Below the pieces are notes generated by a model. It did no database searches. It was given only the letters and a program-made list of their open reading frames with translations, and was not told the DNA's origin. The position numbers and the translations under genes are program-made. Shown here one piece after another: positions 63,096-64,000 of a DNA stretch of 64,000 nucleotides; within the stretch, counting starts at the first letter, position 1; each line of letters starts with the position of its first letter. The stretch is from contig RHPI01001715.1 in assembly GCA_009103225.1 (NCBI GenBank), positions 1,144,011 through 1,208,010 of the forward strand, in the 5' to 3' direction. The DNA is from Chlorokybus atmophyticus. Lineage: Eukaryota > Plantae > Mesostigma and Chlorokybus algae.

Positions 63096-64000
63096 TCAGT
63101 TAGAGTTAGTCCCTTTATGCAGACGATCGTCGACTGATGGTAACGGCCGTTATGCTCAGGCCCTTGTATCGAGATCGCCGGCAGACTGAACAACGACAGT
63201 CTGACTGAGTATCCTCAGATCCACGACCGTCTTATATATTTGGTCGGCCGTCAGGGGTAACATCTTGCGACGTCGGCAGCCACAACCACTACTGGGCCGA
63301 CGCCGTTGTCGACAACACCGTCGACAACCACACCAACAGTTGCAGCCAGTGCAGATACACCTGGCACCACTCTGGCCCCAGTAATGGAAAAGCGCCGACA
63401 CCGCAACTATAGCTGTTAAAGCCCGTTGGTGGTAAAGATACCACCGCTACTACCACTGAGGCCGTCGCACTTGTCACGAGTACCGCTGCACTCAAAGTTA
63501 CTTCGTCGTAATGACTGCTGCGAGTGCCACAACCATTGCAACCGTTGATGCCGCACCCTCTGCAGCTGGCACACTCTCAACAATTGCCACTGCCGCACCA
63601 TTAAAGGTTCGTTTAGCCCTACCACCACACTTTAATGTCATTCAACATGTCCCGCGCGGACCGCAAGCAAAAGCGCGCCTGGGTGTTTGTTCTGCACAAC
63701 AAAAAATAAACAATCATTGCGTACAGACCAAGGGGGCAACGCACCACGAGTAGCCTGAGATGATCGCATTCTGCCATTCCCACCTCTAGAGTACCACACA
63801 CTTTCGGAGCCCACACAACAACCATTGCAGGATGAGATCATTGCAAACACTGCACCGGAGATGCGAGATCGTCTCTTCGGGGTCACCTATCAACAACATG
63901 CTGTGTTTGAATTAGCAATCCTGCTATTCTTGGCAATGCACGCAAAGTTGCAAGAGGCACCCGCTCGATCACGACAGGCAATGCCTGCTTAGCAAAGACT

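Overview
Eukaryotic, transposon-dense window. Spliceosomal introns, GC ~55%, (CA)n tracts and TE types suggest a green alga, possibly streptophyte (inference). Two host genes could be reconstructed by hand: an intact 7-exon patatin-like lipase (12309-14683, -) and a 19-exon secreted protein (49714-55151, +) with a NIDO domain, four PKD/Ig-like double repeats and an unusual C-terminal domain; the latter has two frame lesions. Most of the rest is decayed or nested retroelements. (i) Two close copies of an iMet-primed Ty3/Gypsy element. (ii) A family of Ty3/Gypsy elements with a DNMT3-like C5 cytosine methyltransferase between protease and RT and a PHD finger after integrase: two copies with the MTase plus two fragments. 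Both MTase copies have non-canonical catalytic motifs (EC for PC, KN for EN). (iii) Penelope-like elements with an N-terminal GIY-YIG endonuclease at (CA)n tracts, plus an ORF-less mini-derivative sharing covarying RNA hairpins. (iv) L1-like LINE fragments. No rRNA, tRNA or CRISPR array was found. All calls come from manual translation and motif recognition; no database search was run.
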